From Haliotis cracherodii (Eukaryota): 64,000 nt of DNA. Shown one piece after another: positions 1 to 13,238 of the stretch. Numbering within the stretch: position 1 is the stretch's first letter; every line of letters begins with the position of its first letter. The stretch spans positions 49,290,001 through 49,354,000 of the forward strand of contig NW_027266264.1 in NCBI RefSeq assembly GCF_022045235.1, written 5' to 3'. Made by a program: the position numbers and the translations under genes. The notes under the pieces are model-generated. The model did no database searches. It had not been told where the DNA came from and worked only from the letters and a program-made list of their open reading frames with translations.

Positions 1-204
1 AATTTTAAACTTGCGTAAAACTTTGTAACAAGAAAACAGCGTTATCCGTTATCACCCACCACCCCCCACCCACCCCCACCCCCCCACCACCACCATGTGC
101 CACATAAGAAATATGTTTGTTCATATAGTAGCAAACATAAACTTTAAAAAGTGTTTAAAAAAATGAACAAATGTGAAATTAATACACATACAAGACCCCT
201 TCTC

Positions 205-660
205 TGGACAAAATAACTCAGCCTTGATAAGTATCTCTTGGATAAGGCGACTTCAGTGGTTTCTGAGAAAACTTGTCCCCATTGAAGATACTTGTAAAAT
301 GACATGGATCAATGGTCGTAACTCTGTAAAAAAATAATTAATGGGACCAATTTTCGAAATCAATCTGGCAAGTATCGTTTGGATAACCATACAAACTTTC
401 ATTCATGTAACTTCTGCAGTTTCTGAGAAAACTTATCCAGATTGCACACACTATGCACTATGTAAAATAACATATGGATCTAGGGGGTAACTCTTTTAGA
501 AGTATAATTGGCGTGACCAAGTTTTGAACCCAATCTTGACAAGTATCTCTCAGATAGGCATGTAACCTCAGTAGGTTCTGAGACAGCCTGTTCACACTTT
601 TCACGTTCAAGTTGAAAAGCACGGACCAAGGACCATAACTCTTTCAGAATTTTTGTTTTA
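205..660. repeat. Diverged tandem repeat, about 3 units of 140-170 bp
   Basis: Recurring aagtatctc...ggata, ttctgagaaaact, taactct blocks. Confidence 0.55.
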
Positions 661-840
661 ACAGATGTTGGTACTGTCTCAATCTCATTAAAATACGATC
701 TTAGTTCTGGCTATCGCTTAAACACAGATCTGAGGACATCCCATATACGGGTCACGTCAGGACGACCTATCATCCGACCAACCAAAGCGTCGTTTAGCAG
801 AACATGAAAGTGACTTCATCTGTATCCCAATATGACTTGA

Positions 841-1088
841 TTGTTTGTTTGTTGTTTAACGCCGCACTCAGCAATATTCCAGCTATATGACGGTCTGTAA
901 AATAATTGAGTCTGGCAAGACAATCCAGTGATTGACATTATGAGCATCGATCCACGCAATTGGGATACGATGACATGCTTCAACCAAGTCAGCAAGCCTG
1001 ACCACCCGATCCAACTAGTCGCCTCTTACGACAAGCATACGGTAAGCATTGGTTGCTGAAGACCTATTCTAACCCGGATCTTCACGGG
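841..1088 (-). mobile_element. Short retroposon family A (no tRNA head)
   Basis: Starts cccgtgaagatccgggttagaataggtcttcagc; ends gctggaatattgctgagtgcggcgttaaac(aaac)n. Confidence 0.85.
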
Positions 1089-1504
1089 CCGACGTGATAT
1101 TAGTTCTCTATGTAATCGTTTAATTTCCACAAACATTTCGTAACCATAGCTGGTCACACATGCAGCGATGTAACTGTGATAGCTCCTTGAAGTGTCTACT
1201 TCCGAGAACTGGGTTGTTTTGAAACACGATGTAAATGAGAGTGTTATTATATCCTGGCAATTTGAGTCATTACACTGACTTTTCCCATATCGAACATCAA
1301 TAGCAATATCCCGTGACAGGTACATGTGAATGTATGGAAATATTTATAATAGTTTGACCAGATTTGTCTACATTATCAAAGGTCCGATCAGGAACTCATT
1401 AAATGTATACATGTTTATCAAACAGCTTGTCTATGACAAATAACAGATACCTTTAAACTTGATATTTCCTATATACTATACTAACGGCACTGCGTTATTG
1501 AATC

Positions 1505-1735
1505 CCCGTGAAGATCCGGGTTGAAATGTTCTGCAACCGATGTTTGTCGTAAGAGGTACTAAAGGGATCGGATGGCTATTGTTAGGCTCGCTGACTAGGT
1601 TGTGTCATCGTATCCCAATTGCATAGATCGATGCTCAAGGTGTCAAACACTGGATTTTATGGTGTAGACTCGGTTTATTTACACACCGCCATCATATAAC
1701 TGAAGTATTGCTGAGTGAGGAGCTAAACAACAAAT
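1505..1735 (+). mobile_element. Family A copy
   Basis: Homology to other copies. Confidence 0.8.
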
Positions 1736-1829
1736 CAAAATCATTTAAAGAGAGCTCACTATATTTCAGTTTGTTTATACGATGACTCGTGTAATGGGGA
1801 TCTTTTCTTTCACAAGGACACTATTAACA

Positions 1830-2550
1830 GTCAGTCAGGGCCTCATGTCTGTCGATACACTGGTTCATACGCCTCTTCATACTGTCTTAATAACTGTCTG
1901 TGTTAGATTCCATCTTGTCTCGCTGACCGTGTCCTTCAATCGCACAAGATCACCAGGCTGCAGCTTCACAACAATGTCCACCATGATCATCCAGACATTT
2001 TCAAAGTGATTAAGATCAGGTGAAGAATCAGGAAAATCAATGACGTCAACGTGGTTATCTGTAAACCATGGTTGTGAACCAGTTGGGTATTATCCTGCTG
2101 TAGCACACGTGGAATGTTACTTTGTCCTGTGACAGATTCTGGGAGTTAATGTTACCCTCCACGAAGATAATAGGAGTATCATCCAACATAAAGATACAGT
2201 CCCATACTGTTAGATGCGGTGAAAACCATTTTCATGGACTTCCATCATCCTGTCCATCTATTTACAGATGTTCTGTAGAAATGGAACAGTGACCCATCTG
2301 TAAAAATCACTTCATCAAAACTTTCAGTGATTTTTACCAGTACATCAGGCAATGCGCTTCTTCGTATGTGCGTAATAAGAAAGTTTTTTTCCACGGAATT
2401 GATTTCCAGCCAATGTCGTGTAGCATTGTACTGCCTGTCAATTCTGATGCCAAAGGACCCGTCTTCTCCCAATTTCCAAACCGAGTTGTTTAGCGAACCT
2501 CATCGGATGATGAGCAAGCTGAGCAACATATTGTCTGGTGTTAGCGTCAT
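1830..2550 (-). mobile_element. Degenerate Tc1/IS630-type transposase relic
   Basis: Minus-strand pieces VIFTDGSLF (D1), IFMLDDTP (D2), WFTDNHVDVIDFPDSSPDLNHFENVW (E); stops present. Confidence 0.7.
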
Positions 2551-4154
2551 AAATGATACCAGAATATCAGTCTTTAAAACGTGCACCTTTTATTTACGGA
2601 TTTTGTATTTTGTTTCCCAATTCTGTATTATTAAATCACCGAAAGTAATGAAACAAGCGTAAATATTGAGGACGGCCTGTAAACAGTGGGGCATTGATCA
2701 GACAATCACATGACGGACCAGCCAATGCAGTGATACCATGGCGCATCTATCACTTAATCAAAACTAAAAACGCATGCTGTGTATAAGTGCAGATGTTCAA
2801 ACGTTTCGCTTGTAGTTGACTCAGCACAGCGGATAAAAGCTACTGCACTTATGATGAAACTCGGGGACTTCACTCCACCAGTAGTAACATCGACCAAGTT
2901 CAAGTAAATATAAATCGTCAACGCCAGAGAATAAACTTTAAGAAACTAAACATAACATTTACACATTTACAATCTCACGCTGTTTATCTCTGTAGACCAT
3001 AAAATTAGGTGCAATGGAATCGAGGCACTTAGACGACATGGCAGCAGTTCGCGACACTGCAGTGTGTATAAGAACAACTCCTTCCATTGTAGTTAGTCCA
3101 TAACTCTATTTAGGTTTGGTTCACTGGGAAAGAGTTTATATTAATCATCAATCCTATTATCACACTGATATATAACAGAACCAAAACTATCAGTTTACGT
3201 CTGCGACCTTAAAATAGGTATTACAAGTTTAATAGGAAATTTGCAAACTTGTACTGTTGTAAACGCCATTGTGTTTTATATATAATATGGTATCTTACTA
3301 ATCTGGTAGCCTTTTAGATGTGTTCCATCTCAATCGAATACTTCTTAAAAGCTGACAATAAAAACCCAAGCAATTCTAGAATTCGTCTACCGTATTAAGC
3401 ATATATGTTTATTTCTTCTGAGAAATCTGTGAAGCTAAGATTTTACATGAACATATTTCGTTTTAATTATCTTAATCCATTATATATATTACCCTAAATT
3501 CTTATTCGCGTAAATTCCACTAACTAACTTTATGAGATACTTAGGGCTATGATGGTGTCACGTGTGCTAGAATACAAAGATGCCACGCAAAGTCATTTGC
3601 TGCATTTGTTTTACATTTAATGCCTCTTCATACATGGCATGGTGTCAGAAGTATAAATGGAAGAATAATCACGCCCTGTGAGCTGAGATTTGACATAAAC
3701 CAATGATCACTTGTACAGGCTATTACACTTACTCAATAAAATTCAGAATGTTACTTTGTTATGTAATACATGTTTCTGGCCGCAATTCTATATTGCTGTA
3801 ATAATGGTTTACCTGTGTTCCTTTTGAAAACAAGAACAAGGTAGTGGTTATTTGTTGCATTCAATGATTTAACCCGACTATACAATTATTGTACATTTTA
3901 CTGCCACTACAGTACTTATTTCTGTATTTCTGTATGTGTCGTACGCCTGCCCCACACAATGTAATGCGTCTTATTGTAACGTCACAAAGTTAGATTGCAC
4001 TTTGACGCCATACTATGTTAGACTGCACTGTGACGTCAAAACAGCTTAACTGTATAACTGTACTCTTGAAAATCACATTCGTGAAACCGGTTGAGTAAAT
4101 TATACAGCTCGCCTTTGGACTTTTGTAAAAAAAATCTCTCTCTCTCTCTCATAC

Positions 4155-4378
4155 ATATTCATTATACACACATGAGTCATGTTCATTACCTATACACAAT
4201 GCATGTTCATTATGCACACGATACATGTTCATTATACACACGGTGCATGTTCATTATGCACACGATGCACGTTCATTATACACACGGTGCATGTTCATTA
4301 TGCACACGATGCATGTTTATTATACACACGATACATGTTCATTATGCACATAATGCATGCTCATTATGCACACACGAT
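4155..4378. repeat. 22-bp minisatellite (tgcatgttcattatrcacacgr), about 10 copies
   Basis: Direct inspection. Confidence 0.9.
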
Positions 4379-4957
4379 TATAAATTTTATACAATTTTGG
4401 AGTATACAAATTGTATCTCCGTTATCTTTGATAATCACTTTTTCGGGTAATCAGTAACTCATTTTTTATATGATATTAATATATAACTTTTATACATTTC
4501 GTAAGGCCACCTTTATTCTGTATATTATTTAAACAGTCAGTGTATATTTTCTCAAAAACTGACGGATCAGTGGTCGGAGTAAAAACAAATGTTTTAGAAA
4601 ACATGTTTTAACATTATTTCATTATTATCAATTAATCCTGAAGATCTAATGGTAGGTCAAATCGTTATTTCTCCAGTTTTGTAATTGCTAAACATGTTAT
4701 CATATTCACCGATACAAGTCTATTACCAGACATATTTTTAAGTTGTTATTTTTTTGGATTTAATGATGAATGAAACTTTACTTCCTATATCAAATACTTT
4801 ATTTTTGTCGTTGTTGTTATATTTTTCTAAATAAAATATAATGTTGTTTGGATTAAATGATGAATGAAACTGTACTTCCTATTTCAAATACTTGATATGT
4901 TGAATATGTAAACATACCCTCCGATTAAAGAGTGTTATCAGTGTTTTTATTTTACAG

Positions 4958-5198
4958 CCCATTTTCTGCAGAACATCGAAATCCATCTATTCCGGGAAGC
5001 ACCATCATCTGGTCTCCCAAATGGAACTGTGTGCACCACCCATGAACCTGCTGTGGGTGCTAATATCACCCTGCAGTGTGAGGCCCCCGTCGTGGGAAGG
5101 TATCTAAGAGTCTACACACGACCAAGTGAAGCTCTGCCAATCGAAACTGGTCCTTTGTGAAGTTGAGGTACATGGACGACCTGTGACAACATGTGAAG
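4958..5198 (+). pseudogene. Exon encoding C-terminal half of an F-type lectin (fucolectin/FA58C-like) domain, with a frameshift
   Basis: Acceptor tttacag; ...VCTTHEPAVGANITLQCEAPVVGRYLRVY, then in a shifted frame KLVLCEVEVHG...TCE|gtatgt. Confidence 0.65.
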
Positions 5199-5324
5199 GT
5201 ATGTAGGGGCACTGTCTCATCATAGTTCACCAAATGGTGTGGAAACACTATAACTATTGTTACGTTATCTTACAATATCCATATCTCATGATATCTCATG
5301 ACAAAGTGTATAACAACAGTGAAT

Positions 5325-5513
5325 NNNNNNNNNNNNNNNNNNNNNNNNNNNNNNNNNNNNNNNNNNNNNNNNNNNNNNNNNNNNNNNNNNNNNNNNNNNN
5401 NNNNNNNNNNNNNNNNNNNNNNNNNNNNNNNNNNNNNNNNNNNNNNNNNNNNNNNNNNNNNNNNNNNNNNNNNNNNNNNNNNNNNNNNNNNNNNNNNNNN
5501 NNNNNNNNNNNNN
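5325..5513. other. Assembly gap
   Basis: Run of N. Confidence 1.
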
Positions 5514-5587
5514 CAAAGGATGGAAGTATCACAGTCTCTGTTGTTGTGACACAATTCGCTCGGAATACACATTGATTTATTTTTCAG

Positions 5588-5824
5588 TATTGACGTTCAG
5601 GCCTAAACCAGGAACGGAAGCAACCTGTGATAAAACGGAAGCAGTCCAGCTCATCTGCGATTACTTGTTCAATTCTGTGTCTACAGTCAAGAGTATGCAG
5701 GGCATTCAACTACGTAAGGCAAGACGTTGGACTCGCTGTTTGTGAACTCATCTACGATATATCATTCATTAATCGTTTTGAAGCAAATGCAAATGCCATT
5801 TTTTATGAACTTATATCCGAATGA
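5588..5824 (+). CDS. Terminal exon encoding a PAN/apple-like domain (same gene as the 4958-5198 exon)
   Basis: SAITCSILCLQSRVCRAFNY....CEL pattern. Acceptor is either ttttcag (5587, needs a frameshift) or gttcag (5600, in frame). Confidence 0.6.
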
Positions 5825-7099
5825 AATCAACTTACACGCAAGACACAAAAAGGCAAGTATTGATGAACATATTTTAAAGATGTTAAAATGATAATATCGT
5901 CTCCTAAACATGCTTACAAAGATAATATATACACCCAGGAAAATACTAAGCACCACCTCTTCCCCATGTTCAAATGTCCTGAACTGCCATGTAAGTTTTG
6001 GAAACATTTACATTTGACGTTGATCTCATGGTAATAAATGTCTAATATATTACCAACATCTGACGAAAAAAAGGCAAAAGAACACACATTCTTGTTCACA
6101 CAAAAGAAGCCATGGAGGCAATTGAAGGTTACTCAAATACATATTGCCATGGAACAGTACAAAGTATTGGCTATTCTAATTCAGTATGAAAAGAACATTG
6201 TGTTTCGTCAGAAAATGCATAAGGCAAACTTGTATACAGCAATACGAAAGCGGTGCTGAATATGTTTCAAGATGTATAACTTCTATGAGATTATTGAGGA
6301 ACGAGGCAGCCAATACCAAGGAAATGTCAACAATAAAGGACCACCAAAACAAGGAAAATGTGGCCTTTGATGTTCAATACAACTGTCTATGTTGATATTT
6401 AATTGACTAAAAGTCAATTATGGGGCGCCCAAAATATTGTAAACAAATGACTCTTTCAAAAATTTCAAGTCAGAAATAGTATGACTCACTTATTCTTTCC
6501 AACAAAAAAATTGTTATGTCTACTTTTCTTGTCACAAATGAGCACTTTTAGAGGTATTTCAGAATATATTTCTTGCTGCCTGAAGACTGTTTCGGAATAA
6601 TTTGTAATTGAATACAGCAGACATAAAAGTAAGTGAGAATATTGTAATGTCATTTACCAGCCTTCGTATTGGCCTAGAAAATGGAATCAGATATTGAAGT
6701 CTTGTCGCTTTTATTTGAAATGTACATTATAACATATTTCTTGTTACCTTAAGATCGTTGTTACCATTGTCTTTTACATAAATTTGTAACTGAATATGGT
6801 ATGCATAGTGGTTAATGAGAATAATGTGCACAGGAAGGTAGAAAACATCTTTCAAGTTGAATGTATTTGCTTATTTTATAACCGATTAAGAAAGTTTGGA
6901 ATTATTCTATTCTTCGTCTTCAATCTCCCCGTCGATATACACGTTGGCATCGTGAGGTATTTATAGCATGCATAAAATTGGTAAAATGATGAACATGACT
7001 TGTTTGATCTTGGATAAATCTAAACGATTTAGGCGATCAGTGTACCAAGATATTTATAGATATTTGTCAACGACGATTTAAGTATACATGACAGGCATT

Positions 7100-7262
7100 G
7101 AGTGAATGATTAAGTTGGTTTTAACGTCTCTTTGAACAGTATTCCAGTTACATCACGGCGTGTCTGGGAGAAAAGCCAAAAATGATGCAGGTATCAGACG
7201 TTTAACATTTGGTCAAACCCATGAGCACGGGTATGGTGCTGACAAACCTGGAAATATAACTG
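7100..7262 (-). mobile_element. Family B SINE 3' fragment
   Basis: Homology to other copies. Confidence 0.7.
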
Positions 7263-8144
7263 GGGAAGAATATTAAACTCCGCGTTGCCATTGAAACCCA
7301 TTTGGTATATGTTGTTTTGGTGTATTTGAGCATACGAATTGACGAACAAGAATGATAACAATGTATTATATAGCCCGTTTATTAAACAAATACACCCCCA
7401 ACCGAGCAAACATAACAATAAATAATATGTAGGTCAGTTCACACATTACGGGATCAGCTAGCCTACGGGTAGGTGTTAGAATGGGAACTTTCCATACAAT
7501 ATCTAGTACAGTATGTGAAGACTGAGTGTGAATATGTATGTCGCTGATATTTTGTATTGAGAAGGCCGAGCCGATTAATATGAAATTAACCTATACATGT
7601 TACCATGGCAAAATGGATTTTTGTTCACCGATCTTCCATGCAACATATTTCAGTTTCTGTTTCTCTTGCTCTCGCCAGTTTATCTCTCTCATCCAATCAC
7701 CCTACTTCTCTGTAAATAATACAACATGCATCTTTATTCTTAAGGTATTTCCCTCATGCACCATGACACAACAGTTTGTATGTAGTAACCTCATTATAGC
7801 AAGAACGGCATCATTCAATAAATCCATAACGTGTTATATATCCTTTGGAAACCTTCATCAATATCTTATGATCTACTTATTGCGATGTAGTCACAAAACT
7901 TGCACAACTGTTCGCGAGAAGTGGATTGGTATTGCGTAATCTGGATAGTAGTAAGCGACTTGGAGTGAGCATATCATGGTCGTGGACCGTTCGTTAAAAC
8001 ATAAATTTGTTTTGCTCTCAAAGCCACACTGGTAATCATTAATATCTACACCAGACGCACCCGTTACATGTATAGTCGCTTTAACTCCAGTGGCAAAGAC
8101 GGAACTAATGTTTTTTTTTCTTTTCATTTAGGTGTGTCGAGACT

Positions 8145-8349
8145 ATGCTTGTCGTAAGAGGCGAGTAACGGGATCGGGTGGTCCGGCTCGCTGACGTGTT
8201 TGATGCATGTCATCGATCCCAATTGCGTGGATCGATGCTCATGATATCAATCACTGGATTGTCTGGTCCAGACTCGATTATTTACCGACCGCCGTCATAT
8301 AGCTGGAATATTGCTGAGTGCGGTGTAAAACAACAAACCAACCAACCAA
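8145..8349 (+). mobile_element. Family A copy (5'-truncated)
   Basis: Homology to other copies. Confidence 0.85.
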
Positions 8350-8553
8350 ATTTACGTGTGTCGCAATAGGATTCCAACTCACGAAGTGCTCACCTAATCC
8401 GACATGGCAGCTTGTGGAATTAACAATGAAATATAACGTTACATCAAGATCATGAATTAATACCTTCATGAATGAGGATATTTGTGTTGTATTCAGTATA
8501 ATATTCTATACATAGATCGTATAGTGATTTGGTATGTTTTTGTTGAAAGCAAC

Positions 8554-8868
8554 GAGTGAGTGAGTTGGGTTTAACGCCGCTTTTAATAGTTTTCCAGTTA
8601 TATCACATCTTGTCGGCTTAATGTGGGAGGAAAGGCCGAAGTGATGCTGGTCTCAGACGTTTACCACTTCGTTGAAACCCATGAGCACGGGTATGGTGCT
8701 GACAAACCTAGAAACATAATCGGGGCGAACCGGGATTCGAACCCACAATCATAGGTTTCTGTTAGCCCAAGGGACGCAACTCTGTACAGCGAATTCGGGG
8801 CGCCTTAGACGACTGTGTCACAAGCGGCGTTAAACCCAACTCACTCACTCACTCACTCACTCACTCAC
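8554..8868 (-). mobile_element. Family B SINE plus an inverted extra tail (8822-8868)
   Basis: gagtgagtgagttgggtttaacgccgct ... agcggcgttaaacccaactcactcactc. Confidence 0.82.
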
Positions 8869-9115
8869 AGCTTGGGTGAACCTTAGTTGCCCGTACCTAT
8901 TGAACCCCTGTTTTGCTTTGCAGCCTCCAAGTGATGCCTTCGTAAAAACATTTATTTCATTTATTGATTCAATCACGAATGTTAACATTTTAATGAATGT
9001 AATTAGCTAGAGAAGATATGTATTCTGACATTCGTCACGGAAATGTAACTTTCGATTTTTGATGTTAAGACTTTAGAATCGATCAGTGCAGTAAATAGAA
9101 ACACTTGCTAATAGA

Positions 9116-9334
9116 AGAATTTGTCTTCAGCAACCCATGCTTGCCATAAGAGGCGACCAACAGGATTGCGTAGTCAGGCTCACTGACTTCGTTGATGCAT
9201 GCCATCGTATCCCCATCGGTGCTCATTACGTCAATCACTGGATTGTCTGGTCCAGACTCAATTATTTTCACGCACCGTCACATAGCTGGAATATTGCTGA
9301 GTGCAGCGTTAAACATCAAGCAAACAAACAAAAC
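9116..9334 (+). mobile_element. Family A copy (5'-truncated)
   Basis: Homology to other copies. Confidence 0.82.
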
Positions 9335-9548
9335 ATGTTAATATATCATTGTGTGTTATAGCACTACACGTGACTGTTGTGTTTCTCCTCACCAACACTT
9401 ACATATATCCAATATAGCATTCTTTGCATTTTGTTTCGGATTCCTCCCTGAGTTATCCTTTACTAACACTGTTGTCAAGTTGAATCGAGATAACCTTAGT
9501 TGCCAGAAGTGTGGTAATATCACTTCGCTCAGGTCACTCAAATTTTAA

Positions 9549-9780
9549 TAACAAGAACAGAACACAACTTTATTTCCAGACCAAACAGAACTTTATTATT
9601 TTTACACGAGAGTTATAATACATATAAATAATGTATATGTATACAAGATTATGGACGGACTAGACATTGGGTATAATAGTTACAGAAGTACAGTGAAATT
9701 GTTTTAAAATACTATTGCAAAATGTACTAAGATTTTTAAGAATACTTAGGTTTTGGACTCAAGAAAAGACTCTTTTGCGC
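9549..9780 (-). mobile_element. Short 3'-end fragment of a LINE
   Basis: Minus strand NLSILKNLSTFCNSILKQF, then AATAAA and a simple-repeat tail, similar in layout to the 53 kb LINE end. Confidence 0.45.
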
Positions 9781-10456
9781 ACCCGTAAAGTCAATGATTG
9801 ACAACGTACTAACCCCGTATGTCATCATGTGAGTGACTTAACAGCACACAGAATAAGCAGTGTGATCAACGTGTCTGATTTGGTACCATCATTGAATCTC
9901 CCTGACCAATCACTCTTCTGAAAGCTGGTAACTGGAAGATAGAAACATTTCGAACGCAGAAACCCACAGAAGCGCCGTAAAAGTAAAATGATAAGATTGT
10001 GCAGTTGCAGATATCAAGACTAGAAGTCTGGTGTGATATGTATAATCAGTTTGTAACATCTGTTAAAGATGAAATGGACACAGAACATGAACACGGGGAG
10101 ATATACCTGTCAGCATGCAGAGTGGAAAAGTTAAGAGGTATACAAGGCAGTCATACATGTAAACGAACTGAAAGTGGGGAAGTTTATGCAGTGAAGATTT
10201 ATAAAATATACTACGAACTCCAGTTTGGCCAGGAATTTGACAAGCTACATAGGATGTAATAAAGGTTCCATAAAAATCAAATGGAAGTCAAAAGGCAAGG
10301 CGGGACAACTCAGGTATGGCCAGCTGTTCCAACTCAACCACACATAAGGGTTCAAGAACATGAACAAACTGTACATAATTGGAAAGCATTGGATGAGATG
10401 AATTGATCTTATATGTGGCCCAATTTGTGTTTTCGTTGCCATATGCTAACCCATGC

Positions 10457-10622
10457 AGTGAGTGAGTGAGTGTGGTTTTACGCCATTTTAAACAATATTC
10501 CAGCAATATCACGACGGGGGGACACCAGAAATGTATCACACATTGTACCCATGTCGGGAATCGAATCCGTGTCTACGGCGTGACGAGCAAACGCTTCAAC
10601 CACTAGGCTACCAGACAGCCCC
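10457..10622 (-). mobile_element. Family C tRNA-Asp-like SINE
   Basis: Head tagcctagtgg...gtcacgcc...gattcgattcccgac; tail (cact)n. Confidence 0.82.
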
Positions 10623-13139
10623 TGCTAACGTATGCATGTTTCTGTCAGAACGTTTCACCCCCGTGAATTTGGTTGTTTGTTACATTGTTATCGATAAGAA
10701 TACAGCAGCTAAATCAGCGTATATCACATACAGCTTGACAACAACTTCGTTGATGATCTGAGATTGCGGCTAGCGCGTTCTAATGCCTGACATTGACAGA
10801 AAACAAGTCAATTGTCCAATCATGAGCTAGGACGTGTGTTAAGCCATTGCTATGTACAATAAGATTGTTACACGTCACACTTGTCTATCACAAGACTAAC
10901 ACCATGAAAACCGTTCTTTAAAATAATTGCATATTTTTCCTAAAGAAACTAGGCTTGGTTTAGTTTGATCCAGACTTGCCTAGGCTTTTAGTAAAAAAGG
11001 CAATCTACGGTCAATGCTCAGGACAAGTCCATAACATTCTCGTGAATTGTGATTAGCAAGCGATAGTCGGTACGTCATCAGCCGATATGCACCACACAGA
11101 AGGACAGTATGTCCCAAATTTATGCATGCTCGGAAAAGAACGTGTCATCTGAGGTCCATATGACCAACGTTTGAAATGATCATTTGGCTGCTCAATTTGC
11201 ATTCATTACGCAGGTTATGAAACAAAGGGAATTCAGGTGACTATTAACATATATGTTCCTGTCCCATGTAGTGTGGCATTCTTTTTGATTGTTGCTTCAC
11301 TCATCACAGACAACGTCTGTCTGTTATCCTCCATTGCATGCATATACATATTTTTATATATGGCAAAAAAATATATATATTGCGTTGAAATTAAGATGGT
11401 TATTTTTCAATGTCTGTGAAATGTCCCCTGAAGTTACTGGGAAACTGAAATAGCAGATATTGAGCTGCCGGGGACACTGCAACGTCGTGCATTTCGAGAA
11501 CTAATCATCTGTAAAAGTTTACATCTGACAGTAAAGCTTATCTCATTCGCCAAAAATGAATATTTGCACATTGTAGCCATTGAAGCTTGGGTCCCAGGTG
11601 ATAGTCGGTAGTAATTCAAGACTGAGTTCAAATTGTTTCATGACCTGTCGAGGCTTATCATCATCTAAGCTAATAATTAGTAATCTAATATGATATCTAT
11701 CTGAAGTTTGTAGTAGTCGGGGCTACTTCCTCTCCCTAGAATATGTCTAATTGGTAACAACGTTGTCTATAATATGATATACCAGATTTGAAGGAGATAG
11801 AAATTTTTATACAGTTAATTTCTGTGATTCTGGACATTGCAAACTTCATTTTTTGCACACACGAATGAGTTCAACCTTAGTTTCATCTGGCGGAGGTAAA
11901 CAATAATGTTCATGTGGGTCATGTTGCCCTAACCTCTCCGTCACAACTGTATACAAGCATGTGTATTATCTTAACCAGGGTAAACATACATTTTTCAGCT
12001 GTTTCAATAATAAAGGGCGTTGTTACAACATGTCGTTTATGTCTGTACAGCACAATGCCATTTATTTATAAATCGGTCGATCCTTCATAAAGTAATACTT
12101 TTGCCATTGCGAGAGATCTTTGTTTCGTGAGTGTGTTGTGAGAGGGAGATTAAATCTATTTTTGGCAGTATACATGTATTGATTTGTGACTACCACAGAA
12201 GAAGCGAGTAGAGTTGAGTCCGATGCAATTCTCTATTTTGACTTGTACCATATTAAGAATGCGTTGGTTAAACGTTGACTAATGTTATTTGCATATTCCT
12301 ATGGAAATGTCCATATTTCACATCCTAGCAACGTAAGAAAGAGGACAGAACTTTCAGCACTTATTATAATATAATGAAATGCATTTGAAATGCTCTATGA
12401 TCAAGTATTTACTCTATGATCAAGTTTTGTATTCATGGTTGGAAATGTCTGCAAATCCGGTCATAGCATTCATGACAATGGTGCGTGTGCATTCGGTACT
12501 ACACGATGATTATGTGTTGCAAAGGTATGGCTTAATATGAAATAAATGCCCAAAGTTAGTTCATATCGGGAAACATACGCTAATCCTGTCATAGGATACA
12601 TTTCCTACTGTATATGCATTCGTTTTAATGGTATAAAATCTGTTTTTTTGGTCCTGTGATGAAATTAGAGAAAGAATGGGTTAACTTGTTACACCTGCAA
12701 GACTGGCAGGGTGAAACGATCTTGTCGTAAATCTTACGTTACGTCATAATAGCTGTGATTGGTTGAGAAAAACAACGTGCAGGGTTCGCTCTATTTTGTA
12801 AGAGGTGCCTATCACTCGAGTCCGCTCGGTTTATTTATCTGCATAACGGAATTTATGCATCCACTTTGTTCAGCAAACTGAATCAAGTTGAACCGTCATA
12901 TCAGGTCCACGACTGTCTTTGTATTGTACAATGTGACAGTCACGTGTGCACGAATCCAGTTTCTGTATGGATTCAGTGCTGACTGAAGTACTAAGGGGCT
13001 GAGACTAGTGGGTGTCAAATTATGTTTACTTAAAAAACTTACTGTGCTCCCGCCTGCATAGAATTTATAACCACCATATACTGTGACCGACATCCTACTG
13101 AAAACACGAGACAACGTGCTATATCACTCATCATCTTCA

Positions 13140-13238
13140 CCCACATGGGCACAATGTGTAAAACCCATGTCTGGTGTCCCCGCCGTGATATTGCTGGAAT
13201 ATTGCTTAAAGCGACGTAAAACCATGTCCAACCACTCA
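13140..13238 (+). mobile_element. Family C SINE 3' fragment
   Basis: Homology to other copies. Confidence 0.7.

Noticed and set aside
2160-2340. C1q-domain exon (VIFTD...VFTA...GLYLY)
   Set aside because: Downstream SPDLNHFENVW and the motif order fit a Tc1 transposase better.
4091-4457. His/Cys-rich ORFs
   Set aside because: Artefacts of the 22-bp minisatellite.
5234-5575. ORFs spanning X runs (also 31235-31597)
   Set aside because: Produced by assembly gaps.
9990-10440. Possible old LINE ORF2 linker fragment
   Set aside because: Only vague similarity (FVTSVKDEMD, QEFDKLHR), with no diagnostic RT motif.
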